Below the pieces are notes generated by a model, which worked only from the letters and a program-made list of their open reading frames with translations, made no database searches and had not been told where the DNA came from. A DNA stretch of 64,000 nucleotides from Candidatus Caldarchaeum sp. (GTDB lineage Archaea > Thermoproteota > Nitrososphaeria_A > Caldarchaeales > Caldarchaeaceae): assembly GCA_038890155.1 (NCBI GenBank), contig JAWAFZ010000005.1:505-64504 (forward strand), read 5' to 3'. The position numbers and the translations under genes were made by a program. How positions within the stretch are numbered: the first letter of the stretch is position 1; each line of letters opens with the position of its first letter. Positions 18,721 through 28,417 of this stretch are shown in pieces.

Positions 18721-20367
18721 TTAGAGGTTTCGCCACAGCAGGCTGAGGAACCAAACCGTCAAAGCCATGAAGACAGCGGCGAGCGAGAATGCGTTGCTCC
18801 CCGTGTACAGCAGCGCGGGGAGGCTGCCGCTGTAGCCCTCAAGCTCGACCGAGTAAGGCTTCCCGGTGACGGGGTTTATCATCCTCTCAACAGGAGCGTA
18901 CGCGTCGGTCAGCAAGGGGTATTCATCCAAGGGCGGGACCACCGTCCAGAGGCTGGTTTTGACCCTTTCAGCCAGCCATCCATCCCTTACACGTTTCACG
19001 GCGTCTTCTAGGCTGCATGATGAAGAGACGCAGGCGGCGAGGATGAGGTTTTGAACAGTTCCGCTGGAGTATTCCGAGGCCTTGAAGACATAAAGCCTCT
19101 CAAAAACCATTCCAACAGTCTTGTAAGCCGTCCAGAATATTTCAGAGGTGTCGCCCGTAAGGGATGCTATCAGGTTTACGATAAGCACGCCGTCGCTCGA
19201 CATCCTTTTTTTCACCAGCTCGTAGAACTCAAGCGTCATCAAGTGGAACGGGACGTAGGTCTTTGCGTAGGCGTCGAGCACAACGACGTCGTAAACGGCT
19301 TCAACCCTCTGGAGGAACATCCGGCCGTCGTCGACGAAGATTCTGAGCCTATCGGTTTCAGGGACCATGAAAAACTTTTTCGCAGCCTCGACAACGTCTG
19401 GATCAAGCTCAACCACATCGACTTGGATTTGTGAATGGGTTTTGACGAAGTATTTAGGCCCTGAAAAACCACCGCCTCCGACGAACAACACCCTTGAAGC
19501 GTTTGGGTTGAGGGCTGGGCCGAGCTCGAAGAACCGGGTGTATGCGAACACGAGCCTGTAAGGGTCGTTGACCGAGGTTGCGCTGTGGGGCAGGCCGTTC
19601 AAGTACATCGTCAGGATTTCATCCTGCCTCACGACCGCCATGCTGTTGTAGAGGGTTTCCTTGACGTAGATTACTTCTCCGCCCGTGGCCGTGATTGATT
19701 GGACGACGAATCCCGCAGGCGTGAAGACCATCAGGAAGAGAGCGACGGTGATGGCTTTGGATGCTTTCGAAAGGTGGAGGGCTGAAACCGCCATGAGCGA
19801 AGCCCCTCCGGCTAGAATCACAGTCCTCACATCCAAGTTCGGAAGAAGCACGAACACCGTGAGAAAAGTACCTGCTATGCTTCCAGCGGTTGACAACGAG
19901 TAGACGTCGCCCGCCGAAGACCCAACTCTGCTACGCGCCGATGACAGAAGCTTCACGGCGTAGGGGGAAACCATTCCAAGCGGGATGGTTGGAGGCGCAA
20001 GCAGAATGGTTGTAGCAAGCAGGGGCCCAGCTCTTTCATCCAGCCCAGCCGCCGCAACACCCTCCAGCACCATGGGGGAGAGGTATGGGATGGAGAACGT
20101 CAGAAGACCACCGGTGAAGACGATGGCCTCGAGAGTTTTTATGCTGGAGACCCTGTCAGCCAGCCGGCCGCCGAGCCAGTAGCCCGCCGACAGAGCCGTG
20201 AGGACCACTCCGATTAAGCTGCCCCAAACGAAGATGGTGTTTCCGAATATGGGGGCTAGAAGCCTGCTGGAGGCGAGCTCTATGCACATCACGACAGCTC
20301 CCGAGAGAACCACGAGAACCGCCAAGCTAAGGTTTTTCAAACCTGTACCGAGGACCGGCGGGGACAT
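18721..20367 (-). CDS. Fused membrane domain / spermidine synthase-like methyltransferase
   Basis: N-terminal TM helices, VGGGG, VELDPDVV, DDGRMFL, VLDAY, HLMTLEFY. Confidence 0.88.
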   Translation of the reverse strand: MSPPVLGTGLKNLSLAVLVVLSGAVVMCIELASSRLLAPIFGNTIFVWGSLIGVVLTALSAGYWLGGRLADRVSSIKTLEAIVFTGGLLTFSIPYLSPMVLEGVAAAGLDERAGPLLATTILLAPPTIPLGMVSPYAVKLLSSARSRVGSSAGDVYSLSTAGSIAGTFLTVFVLLPNLDVRTVILAGGASLMAVSALHLSKASKAITVALFLMVFTPAGFVVQSITATGGEVIYVKETLYNSMAVVRQDEILTMYLNGLPHSATSVNDPYRLVFAYTRFFELGPALNPNASRVLFVGGGGFSGPKYFVKTHSQIQVDVVELDPDVVEAAKKFFMVPETDRLRIFVDDGRMFLQRVEAVYDVVVLDAYAKTYVPFHLMTLEFYELVKKRMSSDGVLIVNLIASLTGDTSEIFWTAYKTVGMVFERLYVFKASEYSSGTVQNLILAACVSSSCSLEDAVKRVRDGWLAERVKTSLWTVVPPLDEYPLLTDAYAPVERMINPVTGKPYSVELEGYSGSLPALLYTGSNAFSLAAVFMALTVWFLSLLWRNL

Positions 20368-20410
20368 AATTAACGTTTATCAACAACCCGAACATCCATC
20401 AAGGCCAGAG

Positions 20411-20620
20411 ATGGGAGAGCCATACCTCGACTCTAAAACGTTCTACCAGTGCGTTAAATGCGGGAAGGAGTTTGAGAAGGAGAGGCTTACTAGGCACGCC
20501 GAGTCCCAGTGTCCCTTCTGCGGCTACCATGTCATACGGAAGGCTAAATCGCCGACAGCCAAGCTCATCAAAACATCTGAGCTCGGGAGAGACAGCACGC
20601 TGGGATTCTTCGAGCGTTGA
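20411..20620 (+). CDS. rpoP: RNA polymerase subunit P (Rpo12)
   Basis: YQCVKCGKEF..QCPFCGYHVIRK; start reset to ATG 20411. Confidence 0.8.
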   Translation: MGEPYLDSKTFYQCVKCGKEFEKERLTRHAESQCPFCGYHVIRKAKSPTAKLIKTSELGRDSTLGFFER

Positions 20621-20717
20621 AACAATACACTGGCCTCTGTTCCTTGCATACATGGATAGTCTGCCTGAACTGCTTAGGGTTAAAGGGTAAAAGCGGCCTT
20701 CTGAGCGCTCTGCTGGA

Positions 20718-21455
20718 ATGCTTAGCCCAGAGGCTGCCGCCTATCTCTGGCCCCTAACTCTTCTAGGCTTGTCTATTGTGTCGAGGGTTTTCCTAGGCCC
20801 TCTATCCGACCTGTTCTCACCGAGGCTAGGAGGGTTCGTGAGGCTGGGCGGGGTCTTCTCCTCTGCCGCGGGGTTGAGTTTATTGTTGTTCGAGGCCTAC
20901 AAGTTCGAGCAGACCCTAGGCCTTCTGCTGACGGTGTCGTGCTGTGTCCTGCTGGCAGTGGGCTACAAGCCTCTGAAGATGGTCGTCGTCGGCGACGCGT
21001 TGAAGGCCGGCGGCGTTCTGAGGGAAGGCGACTACATAGTCCTCGGAAAGCAGACAGCCAGAGTTTCAGAGGTTGGTGCGACGCACACAGTCTTGACAAC
21101 CTCTGACCTGAGGAAGGTCCTCGTACCAAACGACGTTTTCCTAGCCGAGAAGCATGTCAATATGACGAGGTCTGGCGCAGGCGTCCTGACTGTGAGGATA
21201 AAGGTCAACGGCAGGCAGATAAGCATGGCCGACGCCAAGCTCGTGTTGATGAAGACAGGCACTGACCTAGCCAAGGGCGAGATGGCTCCCAACAGGGCTC
21301 CCGAGGTACGTGTGGAGAAGATTGAAGGAGACTTTGCGACGTTGAAGCTTACCATCTACCTGTTGAACCCGGCCAAAGCCGAGTCGCTCGCATCACACAT
21401 TATGGAGAGGGTCTACCTGAAGCTGGCGGAGGTCGCCAGAGAGGCAGTAATCTAG
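20718..21455 (+). CDS. MscS-family mechanosensitive channel
   Basis: TM helices then REGDYI..V.EVG..HT....D.RKVLVPN beta domain. Confidence 0.7.
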   Translation: MLSPEAAAYLWPLTLLGLSIVSRVFLGPLSDLFSPRLGGFVRLGGVFSSAAGLSLLLFEAYKFEQTLGLLLTVSCCVLLAVGYKPLKMVVVGDALKAGGVLREGDYIVLGKQTARVSEVGATHTVLTTSDLRKVLVPNDVFLAEKHVNMTRSGAGVLTVRIKVNGRQISMADAKLVLMKTGTDLAKGEMAPNRAPEVRVEKIEGDFATLKLTIYLLNPAKAESLASHIMERVYLKLAEVAREAVI

Positions 21456-22135
21456 TCCAGCAGCGGGAACACGTTGTCCAGAATGTACTGAATGAACTGG
21501 CCCTCAGACATGCGGGAGAAAGACACGACGACCCCGTTCCTAGTCGCTCCTAGTACGGCGTTGGCTCCCTTGACGGAGAAGACGAGATACCATATCTTGC
21601 CATGAGCCAGATACTCTTCATACTTCCCTGTAGATATTAGGGACTTGCCGTACAGGGCGACTTTGTCGACTCCCGGGTAGTCGAGGTTGTCGAAGAAGAT
21701 GACCTTGGTCGATTCGGGGTTGGCTTCGTGGTGTCTTTGAAGGTTTTCCGGCGGTATCCGGGCCTCCACTATGCTTCTGTAGTTGAGAAAGAGGTGATGC
21801 GACAGGAAGCTGGCTACGTAGTTGGCGAAGTGCTTGTTCTGCACAACCGTGAGATAGATCTTGTTGTTCTTTTTCTGGAAGAAGATCGTCGCCTTCACCG
21901 TTGCAACAATAGGCGTCAGGCCCTCCCTCCGGTTGACATAGATTACTCTGTCCTTGGAAAACGTGCAGTACAGAGCATCATTCTTAAGGTCAAGGTCCGT
22001 CAAATCCGTGACGAGCTCAAACTCCTTGTCTCCATGTTTCTGTGTCTCCGAGACCTTGAAGTCCTTCAGCTTCTCAGCTATCTCCATGAGAGAGGCTTGC
22101 TGTTTGAGCTCGAAGATTTTAGCAGATAAGACCAA
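21452..22135 (-). CDS. Conserved archaeal hypothetical protein
   Basis: Long ORF with protein-like composition at the end of an operon. Confidence 0.75.
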   Translation of the reverse strand: MVLSAKIFELKQQASLMEIAEKLKDFKVSETQKHGDKEFELVTDLTDLDLKNDALYCTFSKDRVIYVNRREGLTPIVATVKATIFFQKKNNKIYLTVVQNKHFANYVASFLSHHLFLNYRSIVEARIPPENLQRHHEANPESTKVIFFDNLDYPGVDKVALYGKSLISTGKYEEYLAHGKIWYLVFSVKGANAVLGATRNGVVVSFSRMSEGQFIQYILDNVFPLLD

Positions 22136-22139
22136 GCCC

Positions 22140-23054
22140 TCACCATCCTCTTGTCCGTTGCTCGATGTAGGTTTTAAGATTAAACCGGGGCTTGAACCCG
22201 AGATGCTTGAACGCCTTCGAAACGTCGGCTACGCTTTGCTTGATGTCGGCTGGCCTTGAGGGAAGGTGTATGACCTCTATCTTCCGGGACGGTATCGATG
22301 CTTGGATGAGTTGGGCTAGCTCGGCCACTGATACACCTTGCCCCGAACCGATGTTGAAGACTTGATGACCGCCTGCGGCGTTGACAACAGCCTTGAATAC
22401 CGCCTCAGCGACATCATCGACGTGGATGAAGTCCCGCACCTGGCTTCCGTCTCCGAAGACTTTCAAACAGCCTGTTGAGAGGGCGTCTGCGATGAACTGG
22501 TCGACCACTCCGTAAACTCCCCTGCCGGGTCTTACTCTCCCGTACACGTTGAATATCCTGAGCACCGTAGTGCAGATATTTTCCTGCTCGCTCAAGCATC
22601 TCAGCATCTCCTCGGCGACTAGCTTAGTGTTTCCATAGACGGAGACTGGGCTGGTTGGGCTGGTCTCGCTTAGGAGGTCTCCCCCGCCGTATACTGCGGC
22701 TGAGGAGCTGAAGACAATCCTCTCGACGCCCGCCCTTAAGCAGGCTCTAGCCACGTTCTCCACACCCTTGACGTTGACCTCGAAAGCCCGCTTGACATCT
22801 CTCTCGCATGCTGGAACGGATGAAACCGCAGCCAGATGGACAACGGCATCGGCGCCGTTCACAAACTCCTCCAACCCTTCCTCGACACTTACGTCGTGCA
22901 CAAAGACCCTGAGCCTCGGATGAGCCGGCAAGCTCTCCAGCTCGCCGGTCGAGAAGTCGTCAACCACGTCAACGCTGTAGTCTTGCTCAAGAAACTTGAC
23001 CACAGCTCTTGACCCTATGAACCCCGCTCCGCCGGTCACCACAACCCTACTCAA
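22140..23054 (-). CDS. NAD-dependent epimerase/dehydratase
   Basis: TGGAGFIG, HLAA, SSAAVYG, YGNTK, RDFIHVDD. Confidence 0.94.
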   Translation of the reverse strand: MSRVVVTGGAGFIGSRAVVKFLEQDYSVDVVDDFSTGELESLPAHPRLRVFVHDVSVEEGLEEFVNGADAVVHLAAVSSVPACERDVKRAFEVNVKGVENVARACLRAGVERIVFSSSAAVYGGGDLLSETSPTSPVSVYGNTKLVAEEMLRCLSEQENICTTVLRIFNVYGRVRPGRGVYGVVDQFIADALSTGCLKVFGDGSQVRDFIHVDDVAEAVFKAVVNAAGGHQVFNIGSGQGVSVAELAQLIQASIPSRKIEVIHLPSRPADIKQSVADVSKAFKHLGFKPRFNLKTYIEQRTRGW

Positions 23055-24072
23055 GACCGTACACCTTCAGGTACCTTGGGAGGACGACGTCCCATGAGTA
23101 GTTTTCCAGGAAATGCTGGTATGCGTTTTCGGCGATCCTGCGGGCTAGCGGCCTGTCGTTGAGGATGGTTGAAACCGCCTCCGTGAGGTCGTCGACGTCC
23201 CTAGGGTTGACCAGCAGGCCCGTCCGGCCGTCTTGTATGAGCTCCACGTTCCCGCCGACGTTGCTGGCCACGACAGGGGTCTTCAGGGCCATGGCTTCCA
23301 GCACTACTGTGCTCAAACCTTCCATCAACGAGGGGAGAACAAGCACATCAGAGCCCTTGATGTACTTTAGAGCGATTCTCCGAGATACTCCACCGGTGAA
23401 GACGATGTTCTTAACTTCTTTCGCCTTCTCCCTGAGTCTTCCAGCCTCAGGCCCGTCCCCCACCACTAGGAACGTGGCTCCTGGAATTCTTCGAGCTAGT
23501 TCTACCACTGCCTCGACATTCTTCTCCCTCGAAAGACGGCCCACGTAAACAGCCTGAACCTCTCCAACCCTAAAAGCCTCCAAGTCATCCCCCGCAACGT
23601 CGACGGCGTTGGGCACGTAAACCACTTCGAGCCCGAGCTTTCTGTAAGCCTTAGCAACTTGACGTGAGACGGTCGTCGAGACGTCAGCCCACCTGACAGA
23701 CACTCTCTCAGCAAGCGATGCCGCCGCACCCAGCAGGCCTCCGTGCAGAAGACCCACCTGCTCAGCGTAAACGCCGTGGAGTGTTAGGACCCGACGACCA
23801 GCATCCGAGAACCTCATCGCCGGAGCGGCTGGGATGTTGTGTGCGTGGACAACCCTCGCACGCATGGAGAAAGACCGTACGGTCGACGACACCATGAACG
23901 AAGGGTTCCTGAGACCCTTGAACCTGACTATGGGTGTGTTCTCGGACGACACTGTGCAGACCCGGTAGCCTCTGCCGGCTAGGCGGTTTGCCAACCCCTC
24001 GACATGCTGCGCTATCCCTCCCATGCCACGGCTGGTCGGCGAGACCAGCATAACGTCGAACACTTCCCTCAA
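23047..24072 (-). CDS. Glycosyltransferase family 4
   Basis: VGRLSREK, PSLMEGLSTVVLEAMA, PVVASNVGG. Confidence 0.93.
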   Translation of the reverse strand: MREVFDVMLVSPTSRGMGGIAQHVEGLANRLAGRGYRVCTVSSENTPIVRFKGLRNPSFMVSSTVRSFSMRARVVHAHNIPAAPAMRFSDAGRRVLTLHGVYAEQVGLLHGGLLGAAASLAERVSVRWADVSTTVSRQVAKAYRKLGLEVVYVPNAVDVAGDDLEAFRVGEVQAVYVGRLSREKNVEAVVELARRIPGATFLVVGDGPEAGRLREKAKEVKNIVFTGGVSRRIALKYIKGSDVLVLPSLMEGLSTVVLEAMALKTPVVASNVGGNVELIQDGRTGLLVNPRDVDDLTEAVSTILNDRPLARRIAENAYQHFLENYSWDVVLPRYLKVYGLE

Positions 24073-24140
24073 GCCTGTGATAAACCCACGTCTTAATCTT
24101 TAAATCTGCGCAGAGCCCCGAGAGCCTAGGTGATAGTTTT

Positions 24141-24398
24141 CTGGGCAAGGTGAGGACACGTAAGATAAAGACGCTGGCTAGGGAGATTATGGAGAAGAAC
24201 TCCGACAAGATAACGATAAGCTTTGAGGAGAACAAGAAGCTGGTGAGGAGCGTTCTGGAGGGGAGGTATTCGAAGAAGCTGTCGAACAGGATAGCTGGGT
24301 ACCTCGTGGCTTTGAAGAAGCTTGAAATAAAGAAGGCGAAAGCCGCTGCGGATGCTGCGGCCTTGGCCGAGACATCACCACCGGAGTCTCAGAGCTAG
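24141..24398 (+). CDS. rps17e: 30S ribosomal protein S17e (probable CTG start)
   Basis: GKVRTRKIK, FEENKK, SKKLSNRIAGY; GGTGA SD at 24129-24133. Confidence 0.93.
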   Translation: MGKVRTRKIKTLAREIMEKNSDKITISFEENKKLVRSVLEGRYSKKLSNRIAGYLVALKKLEIKKAKAAADAAALAETSPPESQS

Positions 24399-24537
24399 CA
24401 TCGAGCGGGTAGGATGTCGCGGGCTAGAACACTTCAGTGAAAGGCTGGAGTGGCTGTGTTGCGGGCGTGGTTGGAGGTCTCCGTCATGGACATCGTGGCT
24501 CATAGTTTAAAGCAAGCTCCGGCGACAGGTACGAGGG

Positions 24538-25569
24538 ATGGGTGTTAGGCTGGGCGACATAATCCCCGATTCAGCGGTCGAGAAGACTTCGCTGAAGGGG
24601 CTGTCCGGGAAAACGATAGCTCTCGACGCCTACAACATCCTATACCAGTTCATCGCAACCATCCGAGGACCGGACGGCAGGGCTTTGATGGACAGGCGTG
24701 GAAGAGTGACGAGCCACCTCAGCGGCCTGTTCTTCAGGACGTTGAACTTTTTGCAGGAAAACGTCAAGCCTGTCTACGTCTTCGACGGAAGGCCGCCGGA
24801 GATGAAGAGGATGACCGTGGAGAAGAGAGCTGTGGCTAGGAGGACGGCTGGACAGCTCTACGAGGAGGCGTTGGAAGCGGGCGACGTGGAGGCGGCTAGG
24901 CGTTATGCTCAGCGTGCGGCCAGCCTCGAGAGATACATGGTTGAAAGCTCGGTGGACCTTCTAAAAGCTATGGGGGTTCCCTACGTCATGGCTCCGGCGG
25001 AGGGCGAGGCTCAGGCAGCTTTCATGGCGGCCAAGGGGGTCGTGTACGCCTCAGGCTCGCAAGACATGGATTCGCTGCTGTTCGGCTCTCCTAGGCTAGT
25101 GAGAAACCTGTCCGTCGTTGGGCGACGAAAGCTACCCCGAAGGAACGAGTACGTAGTGGTCGAGCCTGAGATAATCCATCTGGACAAGCTTCTCACCAGC
25201 CTTGGCATCAGCAGAGACCAGCTCATCGACATCGGGCTTCTAGTCGGCACAGACTACTCGCCTCCGGTCAAAGGAGTCGGCCCTAAAACAGCCCTTAAAA
25301 TCATCAAGGAGCACGGCTCCCTCGAGAAAGCTCTGGAAGCTGACGCTGTGGTAGTTGACTTTGACCACGCTGCTGTAAAAAAACTTTTCCAACAACCCTC
25401 GGTCACAGAGGATTACAGGATCGAGTTCCGTGAAATCTCCGACGACGGTGTGATAAGCCTTCTGGTCGATGAGTTTGATTTTTCGAGGGAAAGGGTGGGA
25501 AAGGCTCTGGAGGAGCTTAGACAATCAAAAACCAAGAAGTCGACTAGCCTAGACGAGTTTTTCAGCTGA
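24538..25569 (+). CDS. fen: Flap endonuclease 1
   Basis: MGV start, YQFIATIR, TSHLSG, EGEAQAA, GTDY, C-terminal PIP-like TSLDEFF. Confidence 0.97.
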   Translation: MGVRLGDIIPDSAVEKTSLKGLSGKTIALDAYNILYQFIATIRGPDGRALMDRRGRVTSHLSGLFFRTLNFLQENVKPVYVFDGRPPEMKRMTVEKRAVARRTAGQLYEEALEAGDVEAARRYAQRAASLERYMVESSVDLLKAMGVPYVMAPAEGEAQAAFMAAKGVVYASGSQDMDSLLFGSPRLVRNLSVVGRRKLPRRNEYVVVEPEIIHLDKLLTSLGISRDQLIDIGLLVGTDYSPPVKGVGPKTALKIIKEHGSLEKALEADAVVVDFDHAAVKKLFQQPSVTEDYRIEFREISDDGVISLLVDEFDFSRERVGKALEELRQSKTKKSTSLDEFFS

Positions 25570-25786
25570 CGTTCTCCACAAGCTCGACGACCTTCCTCTC
25601 CTCGTCGAGGCTGGAAACCCGCACCTTGCCATGAATCTCGAGCTTCATCAAAGCATGCAGAACCTCCTGAAGAGACGCCTTCGGCTCCTGCCTCTTCAAG
25701 TCGTCGTACAAGCTCTGCAGCATCACCTTCCCACCGGCTTTTCTCAGAACCTCTAAAACCCTCGCATGGCTTATCAATCGCTTCAT
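25562..25786 (-). CDS. Small winged-helix-like hypothetical protein
   Basis: ATGA overlap with the cdc48 stop; ALMKLEIHGKVRV resembles a recognition helix plus wing. Confidence 0.7.
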   Translation of the reverse strand: MKRLISHARVLEVLRKAGGKVMLQSLYDDLKRQEPKASLQEVLHALMKLEIHGKVRVSSLDEERKVVELVENVS

Positions 25787-27963
25787 CCAATCATCATCAA
25801 GGGTTTCTCAGAGGACCTGAGGATGTCGCCGACCCTCTCATACTCACGCATCATTTGCGGTGAGATGCTCGGCTTGACGGAGAGCAGCGCTTCCTCAAAA
25901 TCCCTTCTGTACACCTTTTCAGTATCCTTGTCGCGCCGCAAAGCTGCTAGGGCGGCTTCCCTGCAGAGCGACTCTATGTCAGCTCCAGAGAACCCTTCGC
26001 AACGGCTGGCCAGCATCTCGATGTTGACGTCGTCGGCTAGAGGCATCTTCCTCGTGTAGATGTAGAATATCTCGGCCCTTGCCTTCTCGTCGGGCGGCGG
26101 GATGAGCACCAGCCTGTCAAACCTGCCTGGCCTCAGTAGGGCTGGGTCGAGTAGGTCTGGTCTGTTAGTAGCACCTATCACGACTATGTCGTTAAGCTCC
26201 TCGATGCCGTCGATCTCGGCCAAAAGCTGGCTGGCCACTCTGTTGGTCACGCCAGAGCTATCCTCCATCACGTCCTTCCGGGGAGCTATCGCCTCTATCT
26301 CGTCAAAGAAAACCACCGCCGGAGCAGCCTGCCTAGCCTTCCTGAAGATCTCCCTAATCGCCTTCTCAGACTCGCCCACCCATTTAGAGAATACTTCAGG
26401 CCCCTTGACCGTTATGAAGTTGGCCTCGCTTTCTGTGGCGATTGCCTTGGCTAGCAGGGTTTTGCCGCAGCCCGGAGGACCGTAGAGAAGAACTCCACGG
26501 GGCGGCTTGATGCCGAGCTTCTCAAACTTCTCCGGATACTTCAACGGCCATTCAATCATCTCGATGAGCTTCTGCTTCACCGTCTCCAAACCACCTATGT
26601 CCTCCCACCTAACCGTCGGAGTCTCCACCTCAACCTCCCTCAAAGCACTGGGCGTAATCTCCTTGTAGGCGTCTATGAAGTCCTTCATCGTCACCTCTAG
26701 GTTGCTGAGTATCTCGGGAGATATTCTCTCACCCGAGAAGTCTATGTTTGGAAGGATTCGCCTGATGGCTTTCATGGCTGCTTCACGGCAGAGGGCGGCT
26801 AGGTCTGCGCCCGTGTAGCCACGGGTCATCTCGCCGAGCTTCTCGACTGATATGTCCTTGGCTAAGGGCATACCACGGGTGTGAATCGTAAGAATCTCCA
26901 CACGGCCTCTCTTGTCGGGTATGCCTATCTCTATCTCTCTGTCGAACCTTCCAGGCCTCCTAAGAGCTGGGTCAAGTGCGTTGGGCCTGTTGGTGGCGCC
27001 TATGACTATTACCGACCCTCTTCCCTCCAGCCCGTCCATCAAGGCCAGCAGCTGGGCGACGACTCGTTTCTCAACCTCTCCAGTCACCTCGCTTCGCTTC
27101 GGAGCTATTGCGTCTATTTCGTCGATGAATATTATGCTGGGAGCCTCCTCCTCAGCTTTCCTAAAGATGTCTCTGAGCCGGGCCTCGGTTTCTCCGTAGT
27201 ACTTGTTCATTATCTCGGGGCCGTTGATGAGTATAAAGTTGGCCTCGGCCTCCGTAGCCACAGCCTTGGCCAGCAGGGTTTTGCCGCAGCCCGGAGGACC
27301 GTAGAGAAGAACGCCTTTCGGCGGGTCTATGCCAAGCTTCTGGAAAAGCTCGGGGAAACGCAGCGGCAGCTCGATCATCTCCCTCACCCTTTGGATCTGC
27401 TCCTGCAGCCCGCCTATGTCTTCGTACGTGATGCTCGTCCTCAGAGCCTTCTCCTGCATCGCTCTGCTCTGAATTATGAGCTTGGTCTTCGGGGTTATCT
27501 TCGCTATTCCAGAAGGCCTGAGCTGCACGACTGCGAACGTGAAGAGGTTTCCGAAGAAGAGGACGGGGATGATGTTGCGGTGGACAACTGGATACTCTAT
27601 AAGCCGGCTCTTCACCAGCTTGGTGAAGTTTTCGTCGGCCTTGATGGATGTGTTGTAGGGAGCTAGCACGACTACCTGCGCCTCCTTGACGTTCGCCTTC
27701 CGAACTATCACGTAGTCGTTGAGCGACACCCCGGCGTTGTTCCTGATGTGGCCGTCTATACGAATAGTATCCCGATCTTTTTCATCTTCGACGTATCCGA
27801 GCCAGACCGTCGCTGCAGTAAGCTTCTTCCCTCTTATCTCGATAATATCGCCTGTGGAAAGCCCTGACTCAGCTCCCACGTTGCGGTCTATACGAGCAAT
27901 GCCGTAGCCGACATCACGCTGCTTTGCTTCTGCAACCCGAAGCCGCAGCTCTTTAACACTCAT
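25783..27963 (-). CDS. cdc48: CDC48/VCP family AAA+ ATPase
   Basis: N domain plus two AAA modules (GPPGCGKT twice, DEID/DEIE, RPGRFDR twice). Confidence 0.97.
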   Translation of the reverse strand: MSVKELRLRVAEAKQRDVGYGIARIDRNVGAESGLSTGDIIEIRGKKLTAATVWLGYVEDEKDRDTIRIDGHIRNNAGVSLNDYVIVRKANVKEAQVVVLAPYNTSIKADENFTKLVKSRLIEYPVVHRNIIPVLFFGNLFTFAVVQLRPSGIAKITPKTKLIIQSRAMQEKALRTSITYEDIGGLQEQIQRVREMIELPLRFPELFQKLGIDPPKGVLLYGPPGCGKTLLAKAVATEAEANFILINGPEIMNKYYGETEARLRDIFRKAEEEAPSIIFIDEIDAIAPKRSEVTGEVEKRVVAQLLALMDGLEGRGSVIVIGATNRPNALDPALRRPGRFDREIEIGIPDKRGRVEILTIHTRGMPLAKDISVEKLGEMTRGYTGADLAALCREAAMKAIRRILPNIDFSGERISPEILSNLEVTMKDFIDAYKEITPSALREVEVETPTVRWEDIGGLETVKQKLIEMIEWPLKYPEKFEKLGIKPPRGVLLYGPPGCGKTLLAKAIATESEANFITVKGPEVFSKWVGESEKAIREIFRKARQAAPAVVFFDEIEAIAPRKDVMEDSSGVTNRVASQLLAEIDGIEELNDIVVIGATNRPDLLDPALLRPGRFDRLVLIPPPDEKARAEIFYIYTRKMPLADDVNIEMLASRCEGFSGADIESLCREAALAALRRDKDTEKVYRRDFEEALLSVKPSISPQMMREYERVGDILRSSEKPLMMIG
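26453..27312. repeat. 41-nt exact direct repeat at 26453-26493 and 27272-27312
   Basis: agcagggttttgccgcagcccggaggaccgtagagaagaac occurs in both Walker A coding regions of cdc48. Confidence 0.9.
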
Positions 27964-28027
27964 CTAGAAGAAAAACTTTCAGACGTATAATTTAAATGAT
28001 AACGGTTCACAAAACACATTCCAACCG

Positions 28028-28374
28028 TTAAAAAAGCCATTTACGGAGCCTGCTGTATCCAAATTCCTCTTTTTCCCTCCTCCCGTCGGGGGTTCGAAGG
28101 ATACCTCGGGGCCGGGTGATGCGAAGTTTCCAACGCCTTTTGCGGCTTAGCCGTCGCCGACTTTCCGTCAAACACGGCTTCGAGTGGGAACAAACATTTA
28201 CCTGGGTGAGTTTTCACACCTACCAGCAGCTAGAGGTTCATGAAGCCCGTCGAGAATTTGTCACGCCGGTCGATGACCGCTATGTGGTGTTTAGGAAGGT
28301 TTCGATGGAGTTCCACGGTTGTGGCTAGCCATCCGAACCCGCCTCAAAACAGCCACTTCTAACGTCATACTCAT
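28028..28374 (-). pseudogene. Relic of an SQR/FCSD-like FAD-dependent oxidoreductase with a large internal deletion
   Basis: Fragments VAVL/GGFGWLATTVELHRNLPKHHIAVIDRRDKFSTGFMNL*LLVG joined to GNFASPGPEVSFEPPT / KEEFGYSRLRKWLF*. Confidence 0.65.
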
Positions 28375-28417
28375 CCATCTCTTCTAATAGCTTAAATATT
28401 GTCGTGGTGTTTGTGGC

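Noticed and set aside
28030..28370. Possible large structured RNA (RNase P or SRP) suggested by several hairpins and a GGGTTCGGA/TTCGAACCC pairing
   Set aside because: The conserved RNase P and SRP motifs are absent, and the region is better explained as a flavoprotein pseudogene. The plus-strand ORF 28116-28328 is its antisense shadow.
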